Made by a program: the position numbers and the translations under genes
In this document: piece after piece, positions 1 through 8,069 of the stretch
Numbering within the stretch: the first letter of the stretch is position 1
Layout of the letters: every line of letters begins with the position of its first letter
The notes under the pieces: generated by a model
The model's database searches: none
Told to the model about the DNA's origin: nothing
Seen by the model: the letters and a program-made list of their open reading frames with translations, nothing else
Assembly: GCA_964623785.1 (NCBI GenBank)
Contig: CAZUVK010000013.1
Coordinates: forward strand, 1-34,045
Direction: 5' to 3'
Length of the DNA: 34,045 nt
Source: an uncultured Gemmatimonas sp.
GTDB taxonomy: Bacteria > Gemmatimonadota > Gemmatimonadetes > Longimicrobiales > Longimicrobiaceae

Positions 1-1330
1 GCTGGATGCTCGCGCGCGTGGCGGCATCCAGCATCTCCCGTTGCACAGCGGCCGTGGCCTCGGCGATGGTGGTCGTATCGTCGAGCACGGCGCGCAGTGG
101 GACCGCGTCCGTGAGGTGGTCGCGGATGAGGGCGCGTGTCGTGCCCGGCGCATCGTGATCGTGATACGCCACATCCACAGCCGCGCGGCCCGAGATGCGG
201 GCGATGAAGGTCGCGAACCGCGCGATGACCTCATCGGATTTGGCTGTTGTCTTCAGCGGCACGCGCGCGAAGCGGGCGGTCGCGCCGTCACGTGGCTTCA
301 GGTTCGACAGTTCCGGTGCCGCGAGCGACGTGAGACGGCTGATCCACGCCGCCTCGTGCCTGGTGGCTTTCGCGGCAACAGCGTTGGCCGCCGTGACGAG
401 GTCTTCGTCGGGTAACGGCAGGCGCTGGCCGGCCTCCACGCCGAGGTGGCGAATGGCCGACGCGGTGTCGAGGACTTCGCCGTCGGCGCCACGTGGTACC
501 TCGAAGGTCAACATGCCATCGGACACGTGCAGGCCCAGCGACCCCTGTTCCGTATGGACGACAGTGCCCGGTACAGCGTTCCCTCCCGGCGCGAACGCGA
601 CTTCTCCGGTCAAGAGGATGTGCCCCGCGAGACCAGGCAGGCGCGGCGCGATCAGAGGGTTGGCATAGTTGCCGAAATCCAGGGCCCGCACCGTGCGGGC
701 CAACTCGACACCCGGCTTACGCCAGTCGAGCATAGCCAACGCCTCGGGGCAATCGCCCGGGCCGTGATAGGTGGCGCGGTCCAGCGAATGCGGCGTGCGC
801 CGCAACGGCCCGTGCTCCATCAATTCGGCCAGCTCGGTAAACGACGAGATGCCGGCTTCGAAGCACTTCGCGTTCAGGGTGAAGGAGGTCTCGTCCTCGT
901 CCACCGGCACGACGCGCTGCAGCACAATGTCGCCGGAATCGAACGCCTCCGTCATCACGTGCCACGTAATGCCGTGCGTTGGTTCGCCGGCCATCAAGGC
1001 CCAGGCCGGGGCGAACAGCCCGCCGTACCGGGGCAGCGGCCCGTCGTGAAAATTCAGGGCCCCGCGGCGTGGCAGGCGCAGCGCCTCCGCCGGCACCCGG
1101 CGGAGGTTCGTAATGGAAAGGAGGTAGTCGAAGTCCGCGACGGCCAGCGCCGCCGGGTACGCGGCGTTCTGTGGCAGGCAGCGGATGCCGTTGACCGCTC
1201 CCCACCGGGCGATGGCGGGCTCGTCCGTGACCAGCGCGATGATGTCGTGGCCGCGCTCCCGCAGAATGTCCGCGCAGGAGATCAGGAGCGTGTCGTTGCC
1301 GATGAGAACGTGCCGAAGGGAAACCGTCAT
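1..1330 (-). CDS. 5' part of a multidomain thiotemplate-type protein: formyltransferase-like N-terminal domain followed by a condensation-domain-like segment. The 3' end runs off the left edge.
   Basis: Absent from the ORF track because it has no stop inside the window. Hand translation of the reverse strand from ATG (1330-1328) gives MTVSLRHVLIGNDTLLISCADILRERGHDIIALVTDEPAIARWGAVNGIRCLPQNAAYPAALA. Around nt 1069-1001 it reads RRGALNFHDGPLPRYGGLFAPAW (formyltransferase H-x-x-LPRY-G motif). Around nt 420-300 it reads LPLPDEDLV...EAAWISRLTSLAAPELSNLKPRDG, like the mid-region of NRPS C domains. No listed ORF interrupts this frame. Confidence 0.65.
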   Translation of the reverse strand, partial: MTVSLRHVLIGNDTLLISCADILRERGHDIIALVTDEPAIARWGAVNGIRCLPQNAAYPAALAVADFDYLLSITNLRRVPAEALRLPRRGALNFHDGPLPRYGGLFAPAWALMAGEPTHGITWHVMTEAFDSGDIVLQRVVPVDEDETSFTLNAKCFEAGISSFTELAELMEHGPLRRTPHSLDRATYHGPGDCPEALAMLDWRKPGVELARTVRALDFGNYANPLIAPRLPGLAGHILLTGEVAFAPGGNAVPGTVVHTEQGSLGLHVSDGMLTFEVPRGADGEVLDTASAIRHLGVEAGQRLPLPDEDLVTAANAVAAKATRHEAAWISRLTSLAAPELSNLKPRDGATARFARVPLKTTAKSDEVIARFATFIARISGRAAVDVAYHDHDAPGTTRALIRDHLTDAVPLRAVLDDTTTIAEATAAVQREMLDAATRASIQ

Positions 1331-2170
1331 TTCGAGACCGTTGTCGGGAGAATACCGTCAGCCATTTGGAGTGCTCGCGGCCAGCGCTTCAGGGTTGGAC
1401 CACATCCCCCCGGTCTCACAGCTTTCTCGAAGGAGGTAATAGACGATCCCGAACTGAATACGGGTGCGGGCATGGAGACTGAACCGGGGCGCCCGTCAAC
1501 GGACGCGTCGGCGAGTTCCGGCAATATCATACGGCTCCATCACCAATCGTCAGGTCGCGTTGGACGTTTGTCTTACAACCGCCCGCACCTCCAGGATCCG
1601 ATCTGCGCCGGTCCTGATGCCCCCTGCCGTCGAAACAGCCCTTTTCCGACGACAAAGGCCGCCCCGGGCCCCGGAGATTGCGTTCGGAGGTCCAGTTCAC
1701 GAAGGGGAATGTACCACGGGCCGACGCGTGATCCCAATTCGGCTGGCCATTCCTGATCCAGAGCATCGGCTCCGATCCAGGAGAAATCGAGAGCGTGCAG
1801 CGCGTCGTTCCCGGTCTTCGCCCGCCCGGCCGCTGCGTTCCATGCCGTATGCCTTCGATTACCCGATCCGGTCGCGGTCGCGGAACGGCTGTCGCCGAAG
1901 TACCTGGGGGCATCCATCCCCCGGTACGAGGAGCCTTTCCTTCCCTGCTGGAATTCTGCACGACCCCTCGCGTTTTGCCTGAGCGGATCGCGATCGGCGA
2001 GAATCGTCCGAATCCGTAACTCATTGCCTCAGAAGAATATAGGTTCTGCGTTCCGGTGTGGTCCGCGCATTGCCAGACGTCCCCCCCGAAGTCTCGCTGG
2101 AAGAAGTACTCACCAGCACGGGTCGGAGCTGACGATTCCGACTCTCATCGCCCTTCGAGGCAAGTTCGAT

Positions 2171-2260
2171 ACGCTGCTCAGAGCAAACCCGCCGAAAGAC
2201 GGGGGCGCAGAGCCACGGGGCTACCGCGGTTTCCACCGCCATGCCAGCCGGGCCGCCAGC
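2171..2260 (+). promoter_or_regulatory. GEMM-I (c-di-GMP-I class) riboswitch aptamer, copy A
   Basis: ACGCUGCUCAGAGCAAACCCGCCGAAAGACGGGGGCGCAGAGCCACGGGGCUACCGCGGUUUCCACCGCCAUGCCAGCCGGGCCGCCAGC. Matches the remembered Vc2/GEMM-I core block by block: CAGGGCAAACC, a hairpin with GAAA tetraloop, GACGCAAAGCC, CGG-CU, the P2 hairpin, then AGC-GGG. The tetraloop hairpin is CCCG/CGGG and the second hairpin is GCGGU-UUCC-ACCGC. Confidence 0.75.
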
Positions 2261-2311
2261 TAGAGACCCGACCCCATCCGGTCGAGTCCGTGCCGGCGGC
2301 CGTTTTGTTTG
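2251..2311 (+). terminator. Intrinsic terminator / expression platform of riboswitch copy A
   Basis: GGCCGCC (2251-2257, part of the conserved aptamer 3' strand) pairs with GGCGGCC (2295-2301). This encloses an inner hairpin GACCCGACC/GGUCGAGUC (2265-2288, one mismatch) and is followed directly by GUUUUGUUUGU (2302-2312). Confidence 0.6.
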
Positions 2312-2426
2312 TACCAGGCCAGACCGGCTCCGTGGAATCGCCTGGATGGTTCGGGTCTGAGGTCGAGTGCGTATCGGCATCCACGCAGTTCCATGCGTGC
2401 GGTTGGGAAACAGAAGACGGGACAGT

Positions 2427-2545
2427 GCGCTGCTCAGAGCAAAACCGCTGAAAGGCGGTGACGCAGAGCCACGGGGCTACAGCGGTCATCATCGATCGCC
2501 ACGCCAGCCGGGCCGCCAGCCACGACGATGCAGAAAAGCTGGCGG
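2427..2545 (+). promoter_or_regulatory. GEMM-I (c-di-GMP-I class) riboswitch aptamer, copy B, plus downstream alternative hairpin
   Basis: GCGCUGCUCAGAGCAAAACCGCUGAAAGGCGGUGACGCAGAGCCACGGGGCUACAGCGGUCAUCAUCGAUCGCCACGCCAGCCGGGCCGCCAGC (2427-2520). Same conserved blocks as copy A, but both hairpin stems have different, still complementary sequences (CCGC/GCGG; GCGGUC/GAUCGC). The conserved 3' strand CCGCCAGC (2513-2520) can pair perfectly with GCUGGCGG (2538-2545), 32 nt before the ATG at 2577. Confidence 0.75.
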
Positions 2546-2576
2546 AAACCGAATCAACTGGCATGGAGAATCGACG

Positions 2577-4748
2577 ATGATGAATCGACGGACGACCTTT
2601 CTGGGCAGTGCGGTGGCGGCGGTCATGATGATCGCTGGCTGTGACGCTGCCCTGCTCGACACGGAGGCGTCACGAGTCGGAGCGATCGGCCTCGCGAGCG
2701 AGTTCGCGGTAAACGATAGCGAGACCGGGCGCCTGCCCATCTCGGTCGTGGACCGGACGGGAAACCCGGTGGATGTGCCGGTGACCTGGACCACCGCGAA
2801 TGCGCGGGTCGCGACGGTTGACGAGAGCGGCGTCGTAACGGGCCAGTTTCCTGGTACGACCACGATCACCGCGACCGCGGGCGGCGTGAGCAAGGCGTCT
2901 ACGGTCACCGTGCGGCAGGTTGCCACGCGGCTCGAACGCCTGTCGTCGGAGGCTCTGGAGGGATCCGAGTTCGAACCCCTCGACGAAGAAGTCGTGGTGA
3001 GGCTCGTCGATCGACATGACAACCCGGTCCCCGGCGTCACGGTCGATTTCCAGGTCGTCGATGGTGGCGGCTCCGTCAGCCCCGACCGCGCACTCACCGA
3101 TTCAGACGGTCTTGCCAGCACGTTGTGGACGCTCGGCGCCAGCGGTGAGCAGGGCCTCGAAACCCTGGCGCGAAGGCCCACTGCCAGCCAGTCCCTCCTC
3201 AAGGATCTGATCACCCTCATCCTGGCAAGGGCCTCCAGACCGACCACGACCACGCCGGAGACCCCCCCGCCGCCGCCGGTGAAGGAGACGCCGCCGCCTG
3301 CACCGCCAGCGACGCCGCCGAGCCAGCCGGTGACGGCTCCGCACGGGGTGGCCGACCTTCGAGTCGTGCGAACCACGCAGAACTCGATTACGATCAGGTG
3401 GACCGGTGTCGACGACGGTAATGGAGGATCGGCAAAATACGCGATGCGCGCCGGCTCACCGGTCCTGCGGTGGGATCAGGCCGCGGAGACGGAACGTGCG
3501 GTTTCCGCGGGCGCGAAGGGCTCAGCGATCGAGCACACCTTTACCGATGTCCCCGCGGGTACGAGCGTCGAAATCCAGCTCATCAGCTATCGCGGTACGC
3601 TTGGGCAGCAGCCTGCGCTGGGCGGCCGTTCCAACGTCGTTGCCGCCAAGACGGCCAGTGCTGCTGGTGGTGGTGGTGGTGGTGGTGGTGCCGAACCCCC
3701 CTCAAATCTGGGGACTCTCACGATCTCTCCGACAACGGTATCGTTGACTGGAGTCGGGTCAACGGCGAATCTTAGTGCCGAAGCGCGAAGCACCAACGGT
3801 GCCCGAATCCTCACACCGGGTGTCGTCTGGACGAGTCTCAACAGCGGAGTTGCGACCGTGAACAGTTCAGGCAGGGTGACCGCCAGGGCGGTCGGAATCG
3901 CTTTTATCGTAGCGACCGCGAACTGCTGCTCGCCGGATACGGTGCGGGTGGAGGTTTCCGCGCAGCAGCAGCCGGAGAGCCCGCCGCCGCCAACGACGCC
4001 ACCGCCTCCCACGAATCCGACCCCGCCTCCTACGACCCCGTCCCCGGGCGGCGCGGCGTACGAGCAGCAGTGGAATTTCTCCAGCACGCAGGGACTGCTT
4101 GCCGCCGCGATGGGCTCGCCCAATTGTCCGGTATCGCTGGAGCAGTCGTCGGGGATTCCGACGAGCACCACGGGCAAGTTCGCGCGGACCCGCTACCCCG
4201 GAACTGGGAGCGAGGGTAGCTGCAACCTCGACCTCGCGCTGAACATCGGGAACGCGCGGGAGATCTGGCTGGAAGTTTGGTTGCGGTTTGACTCCAACTG
4301 GGGCGGGACCAGCGACGACAAGACGCTGTTCGTCTTCAGCAATGCCCAAGGGGGCCGTCGTTGGGAGATCCACTACGCCACGCCCACTCGCTCCTTCGGC
4401 GGTGCGAGTAACATGGCCTTCGAGTTCACGAGCGACCACCCCGCCTTCCCAGGTGCGCTGGACGTGGTCAACAAGGTATGGGACGGGCAATGGCATCGTC
4501 ACCGCCTGCATCTGAAGATGGGTAACGGCGACGGCATTTTCGAGTGGTGGTTCGACGATCACCCGATCATTACGCGGACTCAGGCATCTGCTGGATGGGT
4601 GAGCCGAACGGGTAGCAACCTCAACACGGGCAACCCGGCAACCGACTTCTTCCACTCCATTCGCCTCGGCGCGAACGCGGATCCGCGCGGCTCCGGGACG
4701 CGCGACTGGGGCCCGGTGCGGGTCTACACCACGAATCCGGGCTGGTAG
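2577..4748 (+). CDS. Surface lipoprotein with Ig-like (Big_2/Big_1-type) and FN3 repeats, Pro-rich and poly-Gly linkers, and a C-terminal ConA-like jelly-roll (polysaccharide-lyase-like) domain
   Basis: The 2367..4748 ORF is trimmed to the ATGATG at 2577, preceded by GGAGA at 2564-2568; the upstream part of the ORF is riboswitch sequence. N-terminus MMNRRTTFLGSAVAAVMMIAGC has a lipobox IAGC (Cys22). VTWTTANARVATVDESGVVTG...TITATAGG and VVWTSLNSGVATVNSSGRVTARAVG look like Big_2 repeats. VADLRVVRTTQNSITIRWTGV looks like FN3. The C-terminus EIWLEVWLRFDSNW...VWDGQWHRHRLHLKMGNGDGIFEWWFDDHPI resembles Polysacc_lyase/ConA-like folds. Confidence 0.8.
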   Translation: MMNRRTTFLGSAVAAVMMIAGCDAALLDTEASRVGAIGLASEFAVNDSETGRLPISVVDRTGNPVDVPVTWTTANARVATVDESGVVTGQFPGTTTITATAGGVSKASTVTVRQVATRLERLSSEALEGSEFEPLDEEVVVRLVDRHDNPVPGVTVDFQVVDGGGSVSPDRALTDSDGLASTLWTLGASGEQGLETLARRPTASQSLLKDLITLILARASRPTTTTPETPPPPPVKETPPPAPPATPPSQPVTAPHGVADLRVVRTTQNSITIRWTGVDDGNGGSAKYAMRAGSPVLRWDQAAETERAVSAGAKGSAIEHTFTDVPAGTSVEIQLISYRGTLGQQPALGGRSNVVAAKTASAAGGGGGGGGAEPPSNLGTLTISPTTVSLTGVGSTANLSAEARSTNGARILTPGVVWTSLNSGVATVNSSGRVTARAVGIAFIVATANCCSPDTVRVEVSAQQQPESPPPPTTPPPPTNPTPPPTTPSPGGAAYEQQWNFSSTQGLLAAAMGSPNCPVSLEQSSGIPTSTTGKFARTRYPGTGSEGSCNLDLALNIGNAREIWLEVWLRFDSNWGGTSDDKTLFVFSNAQGGRRWEIHYATPTRSFGGASNMAFEFTSDHPAFPGALDVVNKVWDGQWHRHRLHLKMGNGDGIFEWWFDDHPIITRTQASAGWVSRTGSNLNTGNPATDFFHSIRLGANADPRGSGTRDWGPVRVYTTNPGW
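3666..3689 (+). repeat. (GGT)8 trinucleotide tract encoding Gly8 linker
   Basis: ggtggtggtggtggtggtggtggt counted directly. It encodes the GGGGGGGG linker between the FN3 and second Big_2 domains. Confidence 0.95.
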
Positions 4749-4828
4749 CAATGGTCGGCGCCCCTGTACGAGAATAGCTAGGGAATTTCCCGGGGGGACC
4801 CCTGAAGTCGAGAATGAAATGGCGGTAG

Positions 4829-4876
4829 CATGACTAGGCCCCTGGAAGTGAATCCACTTCCAGGGGCCTAGTCATG
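4829..4876. terminator. Bidirectional hairpin terminator between convergent genes
   Basis: catgactaggcccctggaagtg / aatc / cacttccaggggcctagtcatg: a perfect 22-bp stem with a 4-nt loop, between the stop at 4748 (+) and the stop at 4933 (-). There is no clear U-tract. Confidence 0.6.
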
Positions 4877-4932
4877 CCAGCAGGTTGTCGTCGTGCCAGG
4901 ACGCTCCATTGCGCAACTTCACGCAGTGACGA

Positions 4933-6072
4933 TCAGCCTTCGCGATGGGTGGGGACCATTGATCTGATAAGTGCCCGATATCGATCCAGGTACACTTCGG
5001 TGGTATACTCTCGCAGCGCGCGCTCCCGGGCCCGTTCGCCGAGCTCGCGAGCGTACTCCGGAGACGCCATCAATCGTCGAAGAGCCAGTGCCAGGCCCTC
5101 GGAACTTCCTGTTTCGAACAAAAGCCCGTCGACGCCATCCTCGATCACGCTCGGAATGCCTCCCGCGCGACTCCCTATCCGTGGTCGGCCGACCAACGCC
5201 GCTTCGAGAAGGACCCTCCCCATTCCCTCTGATCTCGAAGGAAGAACGAGGAAGCTCGAGTCTTCGATCAGGCTTCGAATGACCTCGGCCTTCTGCGGCC
5301 CCATGATTTCGACGCGGTCGTCGACCAGGCATGTCTCGCGGGCTGCCTTCTCGATTCCGAATCCCACCAGGACGAGGCGCCATTCGGGGAACGATGGGGC
5401 AACTTCATTGAAGGCTTTCAACAGCAGGTCCACGCCCTTGAGCAGGAACGGATGCCCGACAAAAAGGATCTGCCGCCGCGGCTCCGCCCCCGTCGGAGCG
5501 AAGAGCTCCGAATTGACGATATCGGGGAAAGCGGTGACCGGTGTCGTGGCGTTCTGGAGGTCAAATCCCTCGATCTGCTCCGGATAGAGTGGCTTCAGCA
5601 TGTCGACGCGGGACATGACCGCCGATCCGACCTTGACCATTCGGTGTCGCCTGGTCTCCGCGACAGCGCGATCTGGTTCGTCGATGAACGTATCCGGATG
5701 CCAGTAGACGCCGTTCACTTCGCAAATGACCTTCGCTCCGGTAAGCCTCTTGAGGATCAGGGCCAGGACGCCACTCTGCAGAGGATCGTAAGAAAGCAGC
5801 AGGAGGGACCGCCCTCGTCCCCATCGGATCCAGAGACCCCGGGATACTACCCGCCACATGTAGGCCAGGCGTGAGAGACGCGGAAGGCCATTGAGCGAAC
5901 GAAGCGTGCGCGCCCGGAATCTTCCGGCCCGGATTTCCTGCGTTGCCCCTCCCCAAGTAATGATCTCACCGTCGAACTCAGCGCCGAAAGTTCCCGCCAG
6001 GACTCGCAGATCCTCAACGGACCAGACGGGGCCGGGGCGAATGACGTAGAGATATGGGCTACCGGACCCCAT
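4933..6072 (-). CDS. Glycosyltransferase family 4 (Glycos_transf_1)
   Basis: 379-aa ORF with ATG start. C-terminal half reads FVGHPFLLKGVDLLLKAF...VLPSRSEGMGRVLLEAALVGRPRIGSRAGGIPSVIEDGVDGLLF, the typical GT4 E-x7-E region. Confidence 0.85.
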   Translation of the reverse strand: MGSGSPYLYVIRPGPVWSVEDLRVLAGTFGAEFDGEIITWGGATQEIRAGRFRARTLRSLNGLPRLSRLAYMWRVVSRGLWIRWGRGRSLLLLSYDPLQSGVLALILKRLTGAKVICEVNGVYWHPDTFIDEPDRAVAETRRHRMVKVGSAVMSRVDMLKPLYPEQIEGFDLQNATTPVTAFPDIVNSELFAPTGAEPRRQILFVGHPFLLKGVDLLLKAFNEVAPSFPEWRLVLVGFGIEKAARETCLVDDRVEIMGPQKAEVIRSLIEDSSFLVLPSRSEGMGRVLLEAALVGRPRIGSRAGGIPSVIEDGVDGLLFETGSSEGLALALRRLMASPEYARELGERARERALREYTTEVYLDRYRALIRSMVPTHREG

Positions 6073-6689
6073 CGTGCCCCCGTAGATCCCGAGATCTCAT
6101 TGAAAATGCTCCTGGTTCGTATGGGCGGAAATTGTGACCGAGTCGAGTCGGAACAAGACGTCGACCGCAGCCCTCAGGCTTCGATGTAGTGAAAGCAGTT
6201 TTTCAGTTGGCACCCCCCCGTTTCGTCGAGCGAAGGGGGTAAGAATGGCTTCCGTTTGCCGTCGCGCCGTCTCTGTGGTCATGTCACCGAAGCGAATAGC
6301 CCCTCTCCGCCAAACGTGGGGCACTTCACCCTGGCCAATTCACGGCGGATCATGCGTGTTCGGTTGGAAGTTGGAGAATACCCAATGGTTACGATCTGAG
6401 CCGATTGCGGAAGTGTGGGCGGGCTGTGAAGACGCGAGCTTCGCAGGTTGTTTCTTGCAGGGAACCTACGCCGGGAACGCCGGTCGGAAGCACGCGCGAT
6501 GATTGCCGCAGGCCAGTCCGGCCTCAAGCGCGATCAGCATGCTTGCAACAGCCGAGTCAATGTACCAAGCCCGCTGCGCGCCCGCGCATCGCCGCTCGTT
6601 CATTCCATCCAACGGGAGCGCTTGCGGAGGAGGAAGCAGGTGCCGACTGGCCTGGTCATTCCGCCGCGAGTGAGATCCCGTCACCACCA

Positions 6690-8069
6690 CTATCCGACTT
6701 CCATCGGGGTTCTGAGAACACGAGCGGGCGCTTTTCGCGCCGTTGCCGCCCTGGCGCCAGGAAAAAGCCGGCTGGCGCACAGATCGAAGCCCGCAACCAT
6801 GGCAATCACGCTGTATATGATCGGCGCATACGCCATCGACAGAAAGAAGCCACCCACACAGTACGCGACAATGGAGAGCGAGAGGACCTCGGCAGCCAGC
6901 ACAACCTCGTCTCCCACGGGCGTGCCGCGCAGGTGTCGTCTGGCCAATCCTCGGATCCGGTAGAGTCGGAAGAGGGCGCCCAGCAGCATCATCAGGAAGA
7001 GCGTCAACCCCGGATACCCGGTCTCCGTGCCCATCTCCACGAAGGCGTTGTGCGCGGCCTTCCCGGACCAACCGGCCTGGCCCTGCCGCGCCTGAGGTGC
7101 CAGATAGAGATCGGCGACCGGGAAGTTGGTCATTCCCACGCCGGCGATCGGATTGTCGCTCAGATAGCCGAAGGCGCGCTTCCAGATCTCCACTCGCCCG
7201 TGCTCGTCGTCGACGTTGTAGTCGTCGGCCGGGGTAAACAGGGTGGAGAGGCGCTCCTTGGTAGCAGGGGGCGCAAAGGTGTAAGCGAACACGACGAGAA
7301 CTGGTGGCAACAAGCGTATCCAGAACTTGATGGCTGACGCCTTCAGCAGGATGATGATCGTGAGCAGCCCCACCGTGAGGAACGCGCCGCGCGACTGCGT
7401 CATGAGCGCGCAGACGGTCAGGAGGGCCAACAGACCCCAGAGTGACAACTTGAGCCAACCTTGCGGAGCGCGGATCGCGAAGAACAGGACAAACGGCAGG
7501 GCCATGTTCAGATGCATGGCCATGTCGTTCACGTCGTACATCGGGACGGGGCTCCCCCACAGCGCAAACCCACCCTTCGCATAGAAAGCGGCGAGAGTGG
7601 CCGCTCCGAAAATGTGGGCCGCCATCGCCTGTTTCACGGTATGGAAAGTCGTGAAGCAGGTGAGCAGAAAGAGAACCATTGTGAGGGTCTTGAAGTGCGA
7701 CCCCCACCACGACTCCCATGCGATCTCGGTACTAAGCGCAAAAGGTACTGTCACGCCGATCCAGAGCACGCTCAGAATGAGCGGGCGAACCCCCGCGCGC
7801 GGAATGATCGACTTGAGGTGATTGAGCCGGGGAGCACACACGAGGAACGCCCAGGAGCCAATCGTCGCGATCGCCGACAGACGGAGGGGCGCGATCAACC
7901 CGGAGAGATCGTGGAAGCGCCAGACATAGGTCAACAGGACCAGCCCCATCAGCGCGGTGCGCGGCTCGAGGAGCGCCCTGGCCTCCACCCGCCACCACGG
8001 CATCGGTGCCCCGGCGCGGGGGCGGGGCCGCGAGGTCCGAACCGGAGCGGGCAGCGTAGAGACGCTCAT
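6690..8069 (-). CDS. O-antigen ligase / Wzy-like polymerase family membrane protein (Wzy_C)
   Basis: 459-aa polytopic ORF. LMTQSRGAFLTVGLL and AAHNAFVEMGTETGYPGL are typical Wzy_C/O-antigen-ligase motifs. Its ATG shares one nucleotide with the upstream stop (TGATG at 8067-8071). Confidence 0.8.
   Translation of the reverse strand: MSVSTLPAPVRTSRPRPRAGAPMPWWRVEARALLEPRTALMGLVLLTYVWRFHDLSGLIAPLRLSAIATIGSWAFLVCAPRLNHLKSIIPRAGVRPLILSVLWIGVTVPFALSTEIAWESWWGSHFKTLTMVLFLLTCFTTFHTVKQAMAAHIFGAATLAAFYAKGGFALWGSPVPMYDVNDMAMHLNMALPFVLFFAIRAPQGWLKLSLWGLLALLTVCALMTQSRGAFLTVGLLTIIILLKASAIKFWIRLLPPVLVVFAYTFAPPATKERLSTLFTPADDYNVDDEHGRVEIWKRAFGYLSDNPIAGVGMTNFPVADLYLAPQARQGQAGWSGKAAHNAFVEMGTETGYPGLTLFLMMLLGALFRLYRIRGLARRHLRGTPVGDEVVLAAEVLSLSIVAYCVGGFFLSMAYAPIIYSVIAMVAGFDLCASRLFPGARAATARKAPARVLRTPMEVG

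Noticed and set aside
446-1756. 436-aa plus-strand ORF, together with similar long ORFs at 6466-7719 (-), 16569-18080 (-), 30010-31416 (+), 30461-31513 (+), 3867-4751 (-) and 8084-8968 (+)
   Set aside because: Their translations are Arg/Pro/Gly/Ala-rich and motif-free. They lie antisense to or out of frame with genes that carry clear family motifs. Long spurious ORFs like these are expected in high-GC DNA.
2367-2576. N-terminal 70 codons of the listed 2367..4748 ORF
   Set aside because: This stretch is the second riboswitch aptamer and its platform. A GGAGA-ATGATG start at 2577 followed by a lipoprotein signal peptide is a far better start.
6097-6324. 75-aa minus-strand ORF in the 617-bp spacer as a small protein gene
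   Set aside because: It has low third-position GC relative to neighbouring genes, no recognisable motif and no ribosome-binding site. It also spans a strong hairpin.
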